From positions 1-64,000 of the forward strand of contig BTVJ01000035.1 in assembly GCA_045863395.1 (NCBI GenBank): DNA of 64,000 nucleotides, given 5' to 3'. Position 1 is the first letter of the stretch. Each line of letters opens with the position of its first letter. A model generated the notes under the pieces. The model saw only the letters and a list, made by a program, of their open reading frames with translations, did no database searches and was not told where the DNA came from. This document shows positions 53,183 to 62,771 of the stretch, piece by piece. Position numbers and translations under genes: made by a program. This DNA is from Myxococcales bacterium. Lineage in GTDB: Bacteria > Myxococcota_A > UBA9042 > JABWCM01 > BTVJ01.

Positions 53183-55464
53183 GCGAGCGAGGATCGGGCA
53201 TCTTCGGGCGGTCCACGGGTGAGGGACGGGAGCCGCGGGGCTCACGGACGTCTCGCATGTCGCGGACGTCCGGCGTCTCGCGTGTCCAGGAGCGCCCGGT
53301 GACCCGCGTCACGCGCAACCGCCAGACCCCGCCGCCCGTGGAGGTGTCCCCGGAGGTGCGCCTCAAGTGGCTTCGCCTCCGCATGGCAGTGGTCGTGGGC
53401 GGCGTGATGATCTGCTTCCTCATCGTGCTGGGGCAGGCGTTCCGGCTCCAGATCCTGGCGCGGGACAAGCTGCTCTTCGAGGCCGAGCGCAACTACATGC
53501 GCACCAAGGTCATCCAGTCCCAGAGGGGCGCCATCTTCGACCGCAACGGCGAGCAGCTCGCCACGTCGGTCGGGGTGAACACGGTGGTCATGGTCGCCCG
53601 CCACATGAAGGATCCGCAGCTCGTGGCGACCCAGCTCGCCCACGCGCTCAAGGGGGTCGACGCGGACACGCTGCTGAAGCGCATGCGCAAGAGCTCGTGG
53701 TGGGCCTATGCCAAGCGCCGCATCTCCGATGAGGAGGCTGAGCGGGTGAAGGCCCTCGACCTCGCGGGCGTGACCGTCATGCAGGAGCCGAAGCGCTTCT
53801 ATCCGAAGAAGGAGCTCGCGGGGCAGCTCCTCGGCCGCGTAGGCATGGACAACGAGGGCCTCGAGGGGCTGGAGAAGTCCTTCGACGACATCCTCGTCCG
53901 CCGCAAGCCGGTGGAGCAGGAGGACGTGGAGGGCACCGCCAAGGCGGCGGCCAAGAAGAAGCCCGTCATGGACGCCGTTCGGGTCCCCTACCTGAAGGAC
54001 ATCTATGGTCGCGAGGCCTACGTGCTCGGCTTGCCGCAGAAGCTCCTGACCGAGGGCTACAGCGTCGTCCTGACCCTCGACGAGAAGATCCAGGCGGTGG
54101 CGGAGGAGGCGCTGGCGAAGGCCATCAAGACCCACAGCGCCAGCTCTGGCATCGCCATCGTCATGGACGTGCCGACCGGGGAGCTGCTCGCGGTGGCCAA
54201 CGTGCCGACGTACGACCCGAACAAGCCGGACCCGACCCAGGTGTTCGCGTGGAAGAACAGGGCCGTGAAGGACGTGTACGAGCCCGGCAGCACCTTCAAG
54301 GTGTTCTCGCTGGCGGCGGTGCTCGAGCACAACGCCGCGCGCCTCGACGAGGTCGTCGACTGCGAGCGGGGCTCCATGCAGGTCGGGCGCTATCGCATCC
54401 GCGACACCCACCGGGCCGACAAGCTGACCGTGCGCGAGGTGCTGTCCCACTCGTCCAACATCGGCATCACGAAGCTGACGCGGCGCATCGGCAAGGCGGC
54501 GCTGCGCGATGCCATCGAGAAGTTCGGCTTCGGCAGCGCCACCGGGGTGGAGGTGGACTGGGAGGCCCCCGGCAAGGTGCAGCCGCTGAAGCGCTGGGCG
54601 GACATCACCTTCGCCAACATCAGCTTCGGGCAGGGCATCGCCGTGACGCCGCTGCAGATGGTGCGGGCGTTCGCGGCCATCGGCAACGGCGGCGTCCTCA
54701 TGCGCCCTCAGGTGGTCAAGGCCCTGCTGGACTCGGACGGGAACCTGGTGCGGACGTTCCTGCCCGCGTCGGACGGCCGGGCCATCAGCGACCGGGCGGC
54801 CAAGCTGACCCTCGACGCCATGACCGCCGTGACCCGCGAGGGAGGCACGGGTACCAACGCCGCCATCGAGGGCTACAGCGTCGCGGGGAAGACGGGGACG
54901 GCCCAGAAGCCGGACACGGGCTACCGCAAGGGCGTGTTCGTGGGGCGCAGCTCCAAGGGCTACCGGCCGGACGCCTGGATCGCGTCGTTCATCGGCGTCG
55001 TGCCCGCCGAGGCTCCGCGCCTCGCCATCCTGGTGGTGGTCGAAGAACCCGATGGCCGGGGCTTCGGTGGCGTGGTCGCCGCACCCGTGTTCAAGGAGAT
55101 CGGGGAGTTCGCGCTGAAGTATCTGGAGGTCCCGCCCTCGCAGCGGCGGCCGATCAAGGTGTCTCACATGGCCAAGGTGGCAGCCGCAGCGGTGAACCTC
55201 GAGCAGGTGGATCCGCCGCTGCCGGCGTCCGAGGACGGGGACGTCGTCACAGTCCCGGACTTCTTGGGCGTCAGCATCGGGCGCGCCCTGGACATGGCCC
55301 GCGTCGCGCGTCTGGACCTGCAGATCGACGGCACCGGAAAGGCCGCCGAGCAGTCGCTGGCCCCCGGGTCCCCCGTCGCGCCGGGCACCACCGTGCGTCT
55401 GCGCTTCGCGTCGGCCCTCGATCTGGCCGCTGCCGCGCCCCCTGCTGCGGGAGGCGCGCCATGA
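53179..55464 (+). CDS. ftsI: Division transpeptidase PBP3 with C-terminal PASTA domain
   Basis: RGAIFDRNG, EPGSTFK, SSN, KTGTAQK; VTVPDFLG. Confidence 0.93.
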   Translation: MSERGSGIFGRSTGEGREPRGSRTSRMSRTSGVSRVQERPVTRVTRNRQTPPPVEVSPEVRLKWLRLRMAVVVGGVMICFLIVLGQAFRLQILARDKLLFEAERNYMRTKVIQSQRGAIFDRNGEQLATSVGVNTVVMVARHMKDPQLVATQLAHALKGVDADTLLKRMRKSSWWAYAKRRISDEEAERVKALDLAGVTVMQEPKRFYPKKELAGQLLGRVGMDNEGLEGLEKSFDDILVRRKPVEQEDVEGTAKAAAKKKPVMDAVRVPYLKDIYGREAYVLGLPQKLLTEGYSVVLTLDEKIQAVAEEALAKAIKTHSASSGIAIVMDVPTGELLAVANVPTYDPNKPDPTQVFAWKNRAVKDVYEPGSTFKVFSLAAVLEHNAARLDEVVDCERGSMQVGRYRIRDTHRADKLTVREVLSHSSNIGITKLTRRIGKAALRDAIEKFGFGSATGVEVDWEAPGKVQPLKRWADITFANISFGQGIAVTPLQMVRAFAAIGNGGVLMRPQVVKALLDSDGNLVRTFLPASDGRAISDRAAKLTLDAMTAVTREGGTGTNAAIEGYSVAGKTGTAQKPDTGYRKGVFVGRSSKGYRPDAWIASFIGVVPAEAPRLAILVVVEEPDGRGFGGVVAAPVFKEIGEFALKYLEVPPSQRRPIKVSHMAKVAAAAVNLEQVDPPLPASEDGDVVTVPDFLGVSIGRALDMARVARLDLQIDGTGKAAEQSLAPGSPVAPGTTVRLRFASALDLAAAAPPAAGGAP

Positions 55465-56954
55465 ACGTCGAGACGCTGCTCCAAGGGGTGGACGTGGTGG
55501 GGTCGGGCGGCCTCGCGGCTCTCGGGCCCCTCCGGCGGGTCGTCGCCGACTCCCGCCAGGTGAGGCCCGGCGACGTGTTCGTGGCGGTGCGGGGGGAGCG
55601 GTCCGACGGGCACCGCTTCCTCGGCGCGGCGGTGGCGGCGGGGGCGTCGCTCCTGGTGGTGGAGTCTGGGGACGGCCTCGCGGCGCCCTGGGTCCAGGTG
55701 GCCGACACGCGCCGAGCGCTGGGGACGCTGGCAGCCAACGCCCTCGGGCGGCCGGCGAGCCGCATGGACGTGGTTGGCGTGACGGGCACCAACGGCAAGA
55801 CCACCAGCACCCACATCCTCGACGAGGCGCTCTCGGCGTGCGGGCGCGTGACGGGGCTGCTCGGGACGGTGCGGCGCCGGTGGCCGGGGGTGGACGAGGC
55901 CACGGAGATGACCACCCCAGACCCGGTGGAGCTGCAGGGGTTGCTGTCCCGCATGGCAGAGGCCGGCGTGGACACGGCCGTCATGGAGGTGTCGAGCCAC
56001 GCCATCGAGCAGCACCGGCTGGAGGGGGTCGACGTGGCGGTGGCCGCCTTCACGAACCTGACTCAAGACCACCTGGACTACCACGGCACCATGGAGGCCT
56101 ACGGCGAAGCGAAGGCGCGCCTGTTCACGGACCTGCTGCAGCGGAGCCCGCGCTCCAGGGGGGCCGCCATCAACGTGGACGACCCCTTCGGCGCGGCGCT
56201 GGCGGGGCGTGTCGCGGGGCGCGTGCTGCGGTTCTCGGCGCGGGGTGCGCGGGCGGACCTGGTCGCGGAGGACGCGCGGGCCGATCTGAGCGGCCTCAAG
56301 GCGACGGTGCGGTTGGGGGGCGAGAGGGCGGAGCTCGGCTCGCCTCTGGTGGGCTGGCACAACCTGGAGAACCTGCTGACCGCCATCGCGGCTGGGCTGC
56401 TGCTGGGTGAGCCCCTTGGGGCGCTGGTCGAGGGAGCAGGCGCCGTGACCGGAGTCCCCGGGCGCTTGGAGTCGGTGCCGGCCGCAGGCTTCGCGGTCCT
56501 CGTCGATTATGCGCACACCCCCGATGCTCTTGACCGGGTGATCGCCACCGCGCGGGCCGTGACGCCCGGTCGGGTGATCACGGTGTTCGGCTGCGGCGGG
56601 GACCGGGACCGCGGAAAGCGCCCCATCATGGGGCGTGCGGCGGCGGCCAGCGACGTGGTCCTGATCACGAGCGACAACCCGAGGACCGAGGATCCCGCCG
56701 AAGTGGTGGCGCAGGTGGTCGCGGGGATCGAGGCGGTGGGGATGCCTCGCCTGGCGGGTGGGAGGGGCTATGCGGCCATCGTCGACCGGGGCGATGCCAT
56801 TCGCGCGGCCATCGGGCTGGCGCAGCCGGGGGACACGGTGCTTGTGGCAGGCAAGGGGCACGAGGCGACCCAGGACATCGGGGGCCGGAAGGTGCCGTTC
56901 AGCGACGTGGAGACGGCCCGGGAAGCCATCGGGCGGAAGGACGGGGAGGTGTGA
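55461..56954 (+). CDS. murE: UDP-MurNAc-tripeptide ligase
   Basis: GVTGTNGKTT, MEVSSH, DHLDYH, DYAHTPD, DNPR (meso-DAP type). Confidence 0.95.
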   Translation: MNVETLLQGVDVVGSGGLAALGPLRRVVADSRQVRPGDVFVAVRGERSDGHRFLGAAVAAGASLLVVESGDGLAAPWVQVADTRRALGTLAANALGRPASRMDVVGVTGTNGKTTSTHILDEALSACGRVTGLLGTVRRRWPGVDEATEMTTPDPVELQGLLSRMAEAGVDTAVMEVSSHAIEQHRLEGVDVAVAAFTNLTQDHLDYHGTMEAYGEAKARLFTDLLQRSPRSRGAAINVDDPFGAALAGRVAGRVLRFSARGARADLVAEDARADLSGLKATVRLGGERAELGSPLVGWHNLENLLTAIAAGLLLGEPLGALVEGAGAVTGVPGRLESVPAAGFAVLVDYAHTPDALDRVIATARAVTPGRVITVFGCGGDRDRGKRPIMGRAAAASDVVLITSDNPRTEDPAEVVAQVVAGIEAVGMPRLAGGRGYAAIVDRGDAIRAAIGLAQPGDTVLVAGKGHEATQDIGGRKVPFSDVETAREAIGRKDGEV

Positions 56955-58363
56955 GCGTGCGCAGGTGGACGACGGAGTGGCTGGCGCGGGCGGCAGGCGG
57001 GCGAATCGTGGGAGGTTCCCTGCCACTGGACGCGCCGCTCGTGGGGATCAGCACGGACACCCGGACCCTGGTGGCCGGGGAGGCGTTCGTGGCGTTGCGG
57101 GGGCAGAAGTTCGACGCCCACGACCACGTGGAGGCGGCGGTGGTGGCGGGGGCGGCGGCGCTGGTCGTAGAGGACGGCAAGGCCGACGCGGTGCGCGCGG
57201 TCGCCGGCGCGGCGGCGGTCATCGCGGTGCCGGACACCCTCTTCGCGCTGGGTGAGATCGCCCGCGTACACCGCTCCACGTGGCGGGGCACGCTGTACGC
57301 GGTGACCGGGTCGGCGGGCAAGACCACGACCAAAGAGATGATGGCCGCGGCCCTGTCGAAGGCGGGCACCGTCCACAAGACCGCGGGCAACTGGAACAAC
57401 CGGGTGGGGCTGCCGAAGACCCTGCTCGGGCTCCGCGACGAGCACCAGATCGCCGTCATCGAGATGGGCACCAGCGAGCCAGGAGAGATCGCGCGCCTCG
57501 CCGCCATCGCGGCTCCGAAGATCGGGGTGATCACGAACATCGGGTCCGCACACCTGGAGAAGCTCGGCTCCCTGGATGGGGTGGCCAAGGAGAAGGGGGC
57601 GCTCTTTGCGGCGCTCCCCCACGACGGAGTAGCCGTGGTCAACGTGGATGACGCGCGGGTGGTGGACGCGGCCTCCCGCTCCGGTGCTGCCCACGTGACC
57701 TTCGGCACCAGCGAGGAGGCCCAGGTGCGCGTGCTGACCGCCGGGCGCAGCGACGACGGGCGCATCGTGGTGATGTTCGACGTGCAGGGTCACACGGTCA
57801 GCGGCCCCCTCGCGATGCTCGGGCACCACAACGCCGTGGATGCGGCGGCGGCCATCGCGTGCGCCGTCCTGGCCGGGGTCACCCCCGAGGCGGCCCTCGC
57901 CGCCGTCAGCGAGGTGGTGGTGGGGTCGCACCGCCTGTCCTATGTGGACGCGGGCGGCATCAACGTCCTCGACGACAGCTACAACGCCAACCCGGTCAGC
58001 ATGGAGGCGGGCCTCGCGACCCTGACCGAGTACGCGGGCCCTGCCCGCAAGCTGGCGGTGCTCGGCGAGATGATGGAGCTCGGCACAGAGGCCGCGGCGG
58101 CCCACCGGGAGCTGGGCGCCAAGGCCGCGCGGATTGGCCTGGCGCGACTCTGGGCAGTCGGCGCCTACGCCGAGGCGGTCCGCGAGGGGGCGGTCGGCGC
58201 CGGCCTGGCGCCCGAGGCAGTCATCACGGCCCCGGACGCCGCCGATATCAGCGGCGAGGTGCTGGGAGAAGCCGACCTGGGTGACTGGGTCCTGGTCAAG
58301 GGATCCCGCGGCGGTCGTCTGGAGCGCGTCGTCGAGGAGCTCACGCGAGGGGGGGTCTGCTAA
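56951..58363 (+). CDS. murF: UDP-MurNAc-pentapeptide ligase
   Basis: TGSAGKTTTKEM, NNRVGLP, DSYNANP, LVKGSRG. Confidence 0.95.
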   Translation: MSVRRWTTEWLARAAGGRIVGGSLPLDAPLVGISTDTRTLVAGEAFVALRGQKFDAHDHVEAAVVAGAAALVVEDGKADAVRAVAGAAAVIAVPDTLFALGEIARVHRSTWRGTLYAVTGSAGKTTTKEMMAAALSKAGTVHKTAGNWNNRVGLPKTLLGLRDEHQIAVIEMGTSEPGEIARLAAIAAPKIGVITNIGSAHLEKLGSLDGVAKEKGALFAALPHDGVAVVNVDDARVVDAASRSGAAHVTFGTSEEAQVRVLTAGRSDDGRIVVMFDVQGHTVSGPLAMLGHHNAVDAAAAIACAVLAGVTPEAALAAVSEVVVGSHRLSYVDAGGINVLDDSYNANPVSMEAGLATLTEYAGPARKLAVLGEMMELGTEAAAAHRELGAKAARIGLARLWAVGAYAEAVREGAVGAGLAPEAVITAPDAADISGEVLGEADLGDWVLVKGSRGGRLERVVEELTRGGVC

Positions 58364-59479
58364 GTGTTTCTCTGGCTCTCCGAGACGCTGCGCGAAGCCT
58401 TCGGGCCCCTGAACGTCTTTCGGTACGTGACGTTCCGGATCATCGCGTCGCTCGTGACCGCATACCTGATCAGCATGGCGCTGTACCCGTGGTTCATCCG
58501 CCGCATGCAGGCCAGGCAGATCGGGCAGACGGTCCGCACGGACGGCCCCAAGTCCCACTTCTCCAAGGCGGGCACGCCGACCATGGGCGGCGCGCTGATC
58601 ATCCTGGCCATGGCCGTCTCCACGTTGCTGTGGATGGATCTCGACAACCACTACGTGTGGCTGACCCTCATCGTGACGCTGTCCTACGGGATCCTGGGCT
58701 TCATGGACGACTACAAGAAGTTCCGGGAGCGCAACAGCAAGGGCGTCAGCGGGCGCATGAAGCTCCTGTGGCAGGGCACCGTGGCCATCGCGGTGATGGG
58801 CGCCTTCTTCTTCTGGCTGCGGGACGACGCGTCGTATCCCTACTCGCTGCGGCTCTACGTGCCCTTCCTGCGCATCGATCAATATTACGTCGACCTCCCC
58901 GCCTGGGCCTACGCGGCCTTCGGAGCCTTCGTGCTCATCGGCGCATCCAACGCGGTCAACCTGACCGACGGCCTGGACGGCCTCGCCATCGGCCCCGCGA
59001 TCATCGCGGCGGCCACGTTCCTGGTGCTGTGCTATCTGACCTCGCTCAAGATCCACAAGTTCGACGTCAGCGACTACCTGCTCATCCCCAAGGTGAAGGG
59101 GGTGCAGGAGCTGTCCATCCTGGCGGCGGCGATCATCGGGGCCGGGTTCGGCTTCCTCTGGTACAACACGTTCCCTGCGCAGGTGTTCATGGGGGACGTG
59201 GGGGCCCTGGCCCTCGGTGGCGCGCTCGGCTGCCTGGCGATCTTCAGCAAGAACGAGCTGTTGAGCGCCATCATCATGGGCGTCTTCGTCCTGGAGGCAG
59301 TCAGCGTCATCGCCCAGACCACGAGCTTCAAGCTGACGGGGAAGAGGGTGTTCCGCATGGCGCCCATCCACCACCACTTTGAGCTCAAGGGGTGGGCGGA
59401 ACCCAAGATCATCGTTCGGTTCTGGATCATCGCCATCATGTTGGCGCTCTTCTCTCTGGCCAGCATCAAGCTGAGGTAG
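58364..59479 (+). CDS. mraY: Phospho-MurNAc-pentapeptide translocase
   Basis: KAGTPTMGG, NAVNLTDGLDGL, FMGDVG, MAPIHHHFE. Confidence 0.96.
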   Translation: MFLWLSETLREAFGPLNVFRYVTFRIIASLVTAYLISMALYPWFIRRMQARQIGQTVRTDGPKSHFSKAGTPTMGGALIILAMAVSTLLWMDLDNHYVWLTLIVTLSYGILGFMDDYKKFRERNSKGVSGRMKLLWQGTVAIAVMGAFFFWLRDDASYPYSLRLYVPFLRIDQYYVDLPAWAYAAFGAFVLIGASNAVNLTDGLDGLAIGPAIIAAATFLVLCYLTSLKIHKFDVSDYLLIPKVKGVQELSILAAAIIGAGFGFLWYNTFPAQVFMGDVGALALGGALGCLAIFSKNELLSAIIMGVFVLEAVSVIAQTTSFKLTGKRVFRMAPIHHHFELKGWAEPKIIVRFWIIAIMLALFSLASIKLR

Positions 59480-59482
59480 GCG

Positions 59483-60730
59483 GTGGCATCGCTGACGGAC
59501 ATCCGGGGCATTGGGGAGGCGGCTCGCACGGGCAGGCAGCCCCGCGCCGTCGACGCGAGCCTCCTCGCGGCGGTGCTGGCCCTGGTCGGCCTCAGCGTGG
59601 TCATGATCTACAGCGCCAGCGTCTATGTGGCCGAGGTAGACCTGAAGGACTCGGCGTTCTTCCTCAAGCGCCAGGTCTTCAACGTGGCGGTCGCCTTGCT
59701 CGCGCTGGTGGGCGGGCTCGCGATCCCCTACAGGCGCCTGCGCCTGCTGGTCTACCCGCTGCTCCTCCTGAGCGTGGCGCTGTTGGCCCTGCTGCTCGTG
59801 CCGGGTGTCGGCACCACCGTCGGGAAGTCCACGCGGTGGTTCCGCATCCTGGGCTTCTCCTTCCAGCCGGCGGAGCTCGTCAAGCTGGCCTTCGTGATGT
59901 ACCTGGCCTACTCGCTCGAGAAGAAGACCCACAAGATCAAGAGCTTCACGGTCGGTTTCTTGCCCCACCTCATGGTGGCGGGGCTGATCATGCTCCTCGC
60001 CCTGGCCCAGCCTGACCTGGGGACCGCCGTCGTGCTGGGCCTGACCATGGTGGTGATGCTCTTCGTGGCGGGCACCCGCGTCAGCTACATCTTCGCGATG
60101 GCGCTCAGCGCCGTCCCGCTCCTGGTGTGGCTCATCTCGCGGAGCTCCATGCGCATGGCCCGCATGTTCGCCTTCCTGGACCCGTGGGAGCACCGCTACG
60201 ACAGCGCCTTCCAGATCGCCAACGCGCTGGCGGCCTTGGGGTCCGGCGGGGCGTTCGGCCTCGGGCTCGGCGGCAGCCGGCAGAAGATCGGCTACATGCC
60301 GGAGGCGCAGACGGACTTCATCCTCCCGATCATCGGCGAGGAGCTCGGCTTCGTGGGCATCTCGGTCATCGTGTTGCTGATGGCCATCGTCATCTGGCGC
60401 GGCGCCGCCATCGCGTGGCGGGCCAAGGACGAGTTCGGCCGCTACCTGGCCTTCGGGCTGACCACCCTCATCGCCGTGCAGGCGGTGATCAACATGGGCG
60501 TCGCCACGGCGCTGCTGCCGACCAAGGGCCTGACGCTGCCCTTCGTGAGCTTCGGCGGCACCAGCCTGATCATCCTGTGCTTCGGCGTCGGCGTGCTCTT
60601 GAGCATCGGACGCGCCAACGAGCAGCCCGGGGACCCGCCGCCGCTGGAGGCGCGCCCCAAGTCCAAGGTGCTGGCCACCAAGCGCCCGATCATCCAGCGG
60701 GAGCGGCCGATCACGGAGGTGCTGCCGTGA
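59483..60730 (+). CDS. ftsW: SEDS peptidoglycan polymerase FtsW
   Basis: FQPAELVK, QPDLGT, PEAQTDFI, GLTLPFVSFGG. Confidence 0.95.
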   Translation: MASLTDIRGIGEAARTGRQPRAVDASLLAAVLALVGLSVVMIYSASVYVAEVDLKDSAFFLKRQVFNVAVALLALVGGLAIPYRRLRLLVYPLLLLSVALLALLLVPGVGTTVGKSTRWFRILGFSFQPAELVKLAFVMYLAYSLEKKTHKIKSFTVGFLPHLMVAGLIMLLALAQPDLGTAVVLGLTMVVMLFVAGTRVSYIFAMALSAVPLLVWLISRSSMRMARMFAFLDPWEHRYDSAFQIANALAALGSGGAFGLGLGGSRQKIGYMPEAQTDFILPIIGEELGFVGISVIVLLMAIVIWRGAAIAWRAKDEFGRYLAFGLTTLIAVQAVINMGVATALLPTKGLTLPFVSFGGTSLIILCFGVGVLLSIGRANEQPGDPPPLEARPKSKVLATKRPIIQRERPITEVLP

Positions 60731-61824
60731 GCGCGCTCTTGACCATGGACGCCGTCATGGACGCCGCCCTCCTCGTGGTCATCGCCGGCGGCGGGACCGG
60801 CGGGCACCTCTACCCCGCGATGGCCATCGGGGAGGCGCTTGCTGAGCGCGGGGTGCGCGTGCACTACGTCGGCAGCACGGCCGGCATCGAGGCGCGGGTG
60901 CTCCCGCAGACCGGAGTGGACCACACGCTGCTCCCCTCGGCGCGCCTGCGCGGTGGCGGTCCGCTCGTGGCGCTGCGGGGCCTCGCGGGGCTCGGGCGGA
61001 GCGTCGCGCGTGCGCTGTCGCTGCTGCGCTCCCTGCGGCCGGCCGTCGTCGTGGGCGCCGGGGGCTATGCCTCGGGGGCGGCGGTCATCGCCGCGTGGCT
61101 CCTGGGAATCCCCGTCGTGGTGCAGGAGCAGAACGCCGTGCCCGGGCTGACCAACAAGGTCGCCGGCCGGTTGGCGAGGCGCGTGTTCGTGAGCTTTGCC
61201 CCCGCGGTCGGGAGCTTCCCCACCGGCCGCGCGGAGGTTGCCGGCAACCCCATCCGGCGGGGCATCCGCGAGGCCTTGGTCGATGCCGGCGACGGTCGCG
61301 GCCTGCTGGTGTTCGGCGGCAGCCAGGGGGCGCGCTTCCTCAACGAGCAGGTGCCCGCGTTGGTGGCCCGCCTCGGCGTGCCGGTGCTGCACCAGACTGG
61401 TGCGAGCGATGTCGAGGCCACCCGCGCCCGCTACGCGGCGCTGGGCGTCGAGGCGGACGTGCGCCCCTACATCGACGACATGGCCGCCGCCTACGCGGGC
61501 GCCTCCCTGGCCATCTGCCGGGCGGGGGCATCGACGATTGCAGAGCTGCTCGCGGTGGGGCTGCCCGCGGTGCTCGTGCCGTTTCCCTTCGCGGCCCACG
61601 ACCACCAAGCGGCGAACGCGCGGGTGCTCGACGAGGCGGGGGCCGCGATCATGGTTCGTCAGGAGGAGTGGGACCTCGATGTCGTCGCGAGGCGCGTTCG
61701 GGCACTCCTGGCAGACCCGGCGCGCCTTGCGGGCATGGGCGCAGCCGCCCGTTCTCTGGCGCACCCGGACGCCGCCGACCACATCGCCGAGGCCGTGCTG
61801 GGGCTGGCAAGGGGGGAGGCATGA
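60727..61824 (+). CDS. murG: Lipid II GlcNAc transferase
   Basis: AGGGTGGH, EQNAVPG, GNPIR, GGSQGA, RAGASTIAE. Confidence 0.95.
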   Translation: MSALLTMDAVMDAALLVVIAGGGTGGHLYPAMAIGEALAERGVRVHYVGSTAGIEARVLPQTGVDHTLLPSARLRGGGPLVALRGLAGLGRSVARALSLLRSLRPAVVVGAGGYASGAAVIAAWLLGIPVVVQEQNAVPGLTNKVAGRLARRVFVSFAPAVGSFPTGRAEVAGNPIRRGIREALVDAGDGRGLLVFGGSQGARFLNEQVPALVARLGVPVLHQTGASDVEATRARYAALGVEADVRPYIDDMAAAYAGASLAICRAGASTIAELLAVGLPAVLVPFPFAAHDHQAANARVLDEAGAAIMVRQEEWDLDVVARRVRALLADPARLAGMGAAARSLAHPDAADHIAEAVLGLARGEA

Positions 61825-62771
61825 CCAGGGCGCGTCTCACCGAGGATGTCCGCGCCGCCGTGCGGGACGCCGTCCGAGGCACCGTACGCTCCGATGAGGA
61901 GCTGGCCCCCCACACGTCGTGGCGGGTGGGCGGCCCGGCCGACCTGTGGGTCGAGCCCGCCGACGTGGACGACCTGCGGGCGGCGCTGGCCGTCTTTGCC
62001 GCGCACGAGGTTCCGTGGATCGTGCTCGGCAAGGGCAGCAACGTCCTGGTCGCGGATGCTGGCGTGCGTGGGGCAGTGCTCAACCTGGAGGAGGGCCTCC
62101 GAGAGCTCCGACACGAGGTGGACGCGCTCGGGCCCGGCGTCCACCGCCTCGTGGCCGGCGCCGGAGCGGCCATCGCAGGCGTGCTCCACTACGTGGTGCG
62201 GCACCAGATCGAGGGGCTGGAGCTCTGGACGGGAATCCCGGGCACCGTCGGTGGCGCGGTGGTCATGAACGCGGGCACGCACCTCGGTGAGACCAAGGAC
62301 GCGCTCCTGGACGCGACGATCATGGGGGCCGACGGCGCGGTCTCGGTGCGCGACGCTGCCGCGCTGGGCCTCTCCTACCGCCACTCGGCACTCAGGGCTG
62401 GCGAGGTCGTCGTGGGGGCGACGTTCCGCGTCCGGACGGCGCTCGACTCGTCCTTCGCGCAGGTCATCCAGGAGACGAAGGCCCGCCGTCGCGCGACCCA
62501 GCCCGTCACGCTGCCCAGCGGGGGCAGCACGTTCGCCAATCCGCCGGGGGACCACGCGTGGCGCCTGGTGGACGCGGCGGGCTTGCGAGGGCACGTCATC
62601 GGGGGCGCCCAGATCTCGGAGCTGCACCCGAACTTCATCGTGAACCTCGGGGACGCGACGGCGGCGGACATCGCTGCGCTCATGCGGCTCGCGATGACCG
62701 AGGTCGAGCAGCGCTTCGGCGTGCGGCTCCGCCCGGAGGTGGTGCGCGTCGGCGAGTGGGAGGGCGAGTGA
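61821..62771 (+). CDS. murB: UDP-N-acetylenolpyruvoylglucosamine reductase
   Basis: WRVGGPAD, GKGSNVL, GIPGTVGGAVVMNAG, GSTFANP, HPNFIVN. Confidence 0.95.
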   Translation: MTRARLTEDVRAAVRDAVRGTVRSDEELAPHTSWRVGGPADLWVEPADVDDLRAALAVFAAHEVPWIVLGKGSNVLVADAGVRGAVLNLEEGLRELRHEVDALGPGVHRLVAGAGAAIAGVLHYVVRHQIEGLELWTGIPGTVGGAVVMNAGTHLGETKDALLDATIMGADGAVSVRDAAALGLSYRHSALRAGEVVVGATFRVRTALDSSFAQVIQETKARRRATQPVTLPSGGSTFANPPGDHAWRLVDAAGLRGHVIGGAQISELHPNFIVNLGDATAADIAALMRLAMTEVEQRFGVRLRPEVVRVGEWEGE

